NCBI GenBank assembly: GCA_030390025.1
Contig: CM059430.1
Span: forward strand, 112,716,001 to 112,780,000
Source: Squalus acanthias
Taxonomy: Eukaryota
DNA: 64,000 nt
Reading direction: 5' to 3'
Shown: piece after piece, positions 60,708 to 64,000 of the stretch
How positions within the stretch are numbered: position 1 is the stretch's first letter
Layout of the letters: every line of letters starts with the position of its first letter
Translations under genes and position numbers: made by a program
Notes under the pieces: generated by a model
Seen by the model: the letters and a program-made list of their open reading frames with translations, nothing else
Databases searched by the model: none
What the model was told of the DNA's origin: nothing

Positions 60708-62213
60708 TCTACAAAAGGTTTCAAACAACCAATAAAACTACTGCCTGCTGCCACATCTGCTCCTGTGCACAGCCGTGTTGTGGTTAAGATGAGAGATATG
60801 CACGGTGAGGAACTAAAGGTGCAAATGCAAGTTCCACACCTTCCATGGGATACTATGTTGGAATATCAACTCTCCTTGTGGTCTCATTTTATTTCTCTCT
60901 TTCCCTTGTTTGTACTTATAATACTCCAGATTTTATTTTGTTCCTTTTTGTATTTAACTTCCCTTTCATTATTTCTCCAAATCAATTTGCACTTTTTTCC
61001 CCCCCTCTCATTTTAATTAAATGTAATCATTTTCTTGGTCATAATGTATTTTTTAAAAACAGAACACTAACTCACTTCTTTGATGAATGTTAATAAATTG
61101 TAAGCCATGGTTCCACAAAGTACTTTTAATAAAACAGTTATCAAATACATCAGTTTACTAATGACAACCAAGCACAAAAAAAGCAATAAAAATTTAAATG
61201 AGAAACAAGATTTACTAAGAAAATGAATCTGCTCATTTAGTTAATATATTTACAGTGCAAAGAGTGAAAACTAAAAAGCTAGGTTCCATTTAACGTAAAA
61301 TAGATCAACTGTGCAAATGCAATCAGCAATTAATCTTTTTTCACTTTTATAATTGGATTAGGTTCAGACCTAGCATGTTCTTTGTATTATGCAGTTTGAT
61401 GAAAGGTGTTGCAACTCACTGCAAATACTATAGTAAAATTCAGTCAAATAACCAGCTGAGAGAACGTCTACAATCTTTAATTGTTTTCTTTTTATACCTG
61501 TATTAATTGAGGTCTTAAGAGTGTAGCTGTGTTCCTGCAATATTTTAAATGCATTCTCTTTACAGAGGGAAGTAGCATTGAAGCACAAAGAGTCTCAAAT
61601 AGCTGGGATACAGAGTGACACTCAAACCAAAACCAATTATATAGGATTGCTTTTTGAGAAAAAAAGGCAAGGGAACAAAAAGCCAAGTCGATGCAGAGAT
61701 GACCACACATGACTGACAAGGTATGTTTTAAGAACCGCAGGGCACATTTCTGACAGTACTAAATTTCAAGGATCTTAGTGCACTTAAAATGTGACCTTTG
61801 TAAAATTTAACTGAAGTGAATGAGAGGCCATTATATCTTTCCCAACATCTACTCCAGCATTCTAGGTAAGTGACAGTGTGTTACAGCACTGACATTTTGA
61901 AAGCAAGATTTATTTATTTTTTTAAACTGAGACTCGGGAACTCCCAAACCCCGTTGCTTTTGATCTTTTTTATTTTGATTTCAACTTTTCCCTTTTGCAA
62001 AAATAATTATAAAATAATCTTAAAGCATACATACATTCAGGAACACCAGTTGTAACTTATTCTTAAATTTTGACTTTGCATCTATCATTGCTCACAACAT
62101 TCAACAGATTCCCTCTCTGCAAGAGAGGTTGGGAAGCATTATTAATTAGTGTCTGTAATTCAGATTTAATAGTCGTTCATACAATGCCCCAACAAGTTAC
62201 ACAATTAACCCAA

Positions 62214-62390
62214 GAGATAGGCTATATATGGAATACCAAACAGGAGGAGGGAATCAACAATAACCCCAAGAGAGATATAGATCCAGATGGAAGACCCAAC
62301 AGGAGGAGGAAATTAACAACCACCACCCCCCCTGAACAGAGATATAGAGCTACATGGAATACCCAACAGAAGGCAGCAAATAACAATTTG
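62214..62390 (+). repeat. Three imperfect ~60-bp tandem units
   Basis: Recurring GAGATA...TGGAAnACCnAACAGnAGG...AACAA. Confidence 0.6.
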
Positions 62391-62638
62391 CACTAATAAT
62401 GCACTTTAATGTTAAAAAATATCTACAGAAAGATGGGAGTTGCTAGGGTGCGAAGGAGATTGGAAAGGAGGGAAATGCAAAGTAGAGGCAGCTGCATAGG
62501 TGGTTTTGATCCTGCAGACAAAGAACTCCATCAGCTTGTTGCATTTGGTGTTTGCAGCACGGGTGGTGAGTTATGTTATATATTAAAAACATTGAGTGGT
62601 CTCAGAATTCCAGCAGTAAGTGACACTTTAAACAGAAT

Positions 62639-63423
62639 GGCCCAGAATTTGCTGTCAGCAGCGAAGCAACAACACTTGCCGCTGACTCGAAGAAAGCTGC
62701 CCACAAAAATCCAGCAATCTCTGTGGCGTGAATTTCAGCTCTCCCGACTTTAGATTGAATCTGGCACCAAATCAAGCGAATCTCCAGCGTCCAGCAACAG
62801 TGATGTCATCAAACAGGCTAAGCAGCCAATCACATTGAAGAATTCTCACAGGCAGCAAACCAGGAAGTAAAATGCACAGGTTATAATTTATTTTTTATAA
62901 ATTTTGACAGCGCAAAATAAAGATCAAGACATACACATAGATTAAGATAGAAGCTGAATATCAAACAACCTCATATATATATATATATATACATACATAC
63001 TTATATTAAAAGCCATGTATATCTTACCATATTAATGGAAAAATTTGACATTCCACAAATATAGAATTAATTTTTCAGGGCCAGAATGGTTGTTCAGCAG
63101 TCAATAAGCCGTTAAAAACCCAGTTACACCTTTTTCAACAAGGCTTAACTTTTTCAGGGGGCCGGGGGGGGGGGGGGGTTTAAAACAGCGATATTCCAGC
63201 ATAATAGGGGAAGTTTTCGTCAGGAACCGTGATGTGAATTGATTGCCGTCTCTGGGGGGTTCCACAGCGCAACAGTGGAAGAGCAGGGAACAACCAACAA
63301 CAACTTCTGGATTTCAGCGTTTATCTGCCGATGCGCTGACTCCAGCAGTTGCTGTCACTTTCAGAGGAGTAATGAGGCGAACGCTGACAGTTTCGCCATC
63401 ATTACTACCGCAAGATCCGGGCT
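62639..63423. mobile_element. Harbinger-like MITE related (inverted) to 30775-31502
   Basis: TIRs GGCCCAGAATTTGC / GCAAGATCCGGGCT; TSD AAT/ATT. Confidence 0.75.
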
Positions 63424-64000
63424 ATTGTAATGTGGCAAGTTGAAAGCAATGGGGCATGAATTCACGTTACCTGACCACCCCAATCACAACCCTAAATAAG
63501 CTTCATTAACTGCTTTCTTAAAACAAGAGAGGTTGTGGCCTCCCTGGAGCCATTAAATAGAGCAGAAAGTACTATAAATAAACATTTGCGCTCAGAAATC
63601 AGTTTATTAAAAAAATCCTAAAATATATGTCTCAAAGTATTTGGGAGAATTCCTTAATGCCTGCCACACACAGAGTATCAATTCAAAATGTGGTCTAACA
63701 ACCAGAAATTAAAACAGAGGACGTGCCAAACGCAATTGCACCCAAGGACCGAAAACCATCGGAAGCTTTGCAGCAGAGTACCTGTGTACAATCAAGCAGA
63801 ACTGAAAATGAGTGGTGAATGTACATCACCTGCTATTAAAAAAAACCACCCTTAACCACTAAGCAAGAAACAATGAACCTCAACCCCTCTCTAAGCAGGA
63901 ATTGCAGCTCTCCATCCCCCAAGGCAGAATTGGAACCCCTGCCCCACTGAGCAATAGCATCACGCACCCGACGAACAAGTTTCACCAAAATCTGCAATGC

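Noticed and set aside
4629-60787. Recurrent small ORFs MDVKDPMALF...FVGACCAQIG as a multicopy gene family
   Set aside because: They are chance translations of the Deu-core SINE, with frames varying between copies.

Overview
Eukaryotic, repeat-dense vertebrate DNA, almost certainly from a cartilaginous fish (inferred from SacSINE1/Deu-type SINEs and shark-type CR1 and Penelope families). It looks intronic or intergenic: I recognise no host protein-coding gene, only weak minus-strand exon and promoter candidates. Most of the window is a nested stack of retroelements and MITEs: several CR1 LINE subfamilies (one young copy has an intact 995-aa APE-RT ORF2), a Zenon/Jockey-like CR1-group LINE, an RTE-clade LINE, L2 relics, Deu-core tRNA SINEs, Penelope-like elements, and Harbinger-, hAT- and Tigger-type MITEs. 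Most notable: (1) two fold-back Penelope-like insertions with minimal hammerhead ribozyme motifs, one reduced to a ~177-bp ribozyme-only hairpin; (2) an RTE flanked by a ~255-bp target-site duplication; (3) an ORF1-less LINE that appears to begin with a tRNA-like Pol III head; (4) a young CR1 with ORF1 and ORF2 in frame across one TAA and a doubled 3' UTR. I see no convincing novel protein-coding system. Coordinates were counted by eye, and boundaries of decayed elements are approximate.
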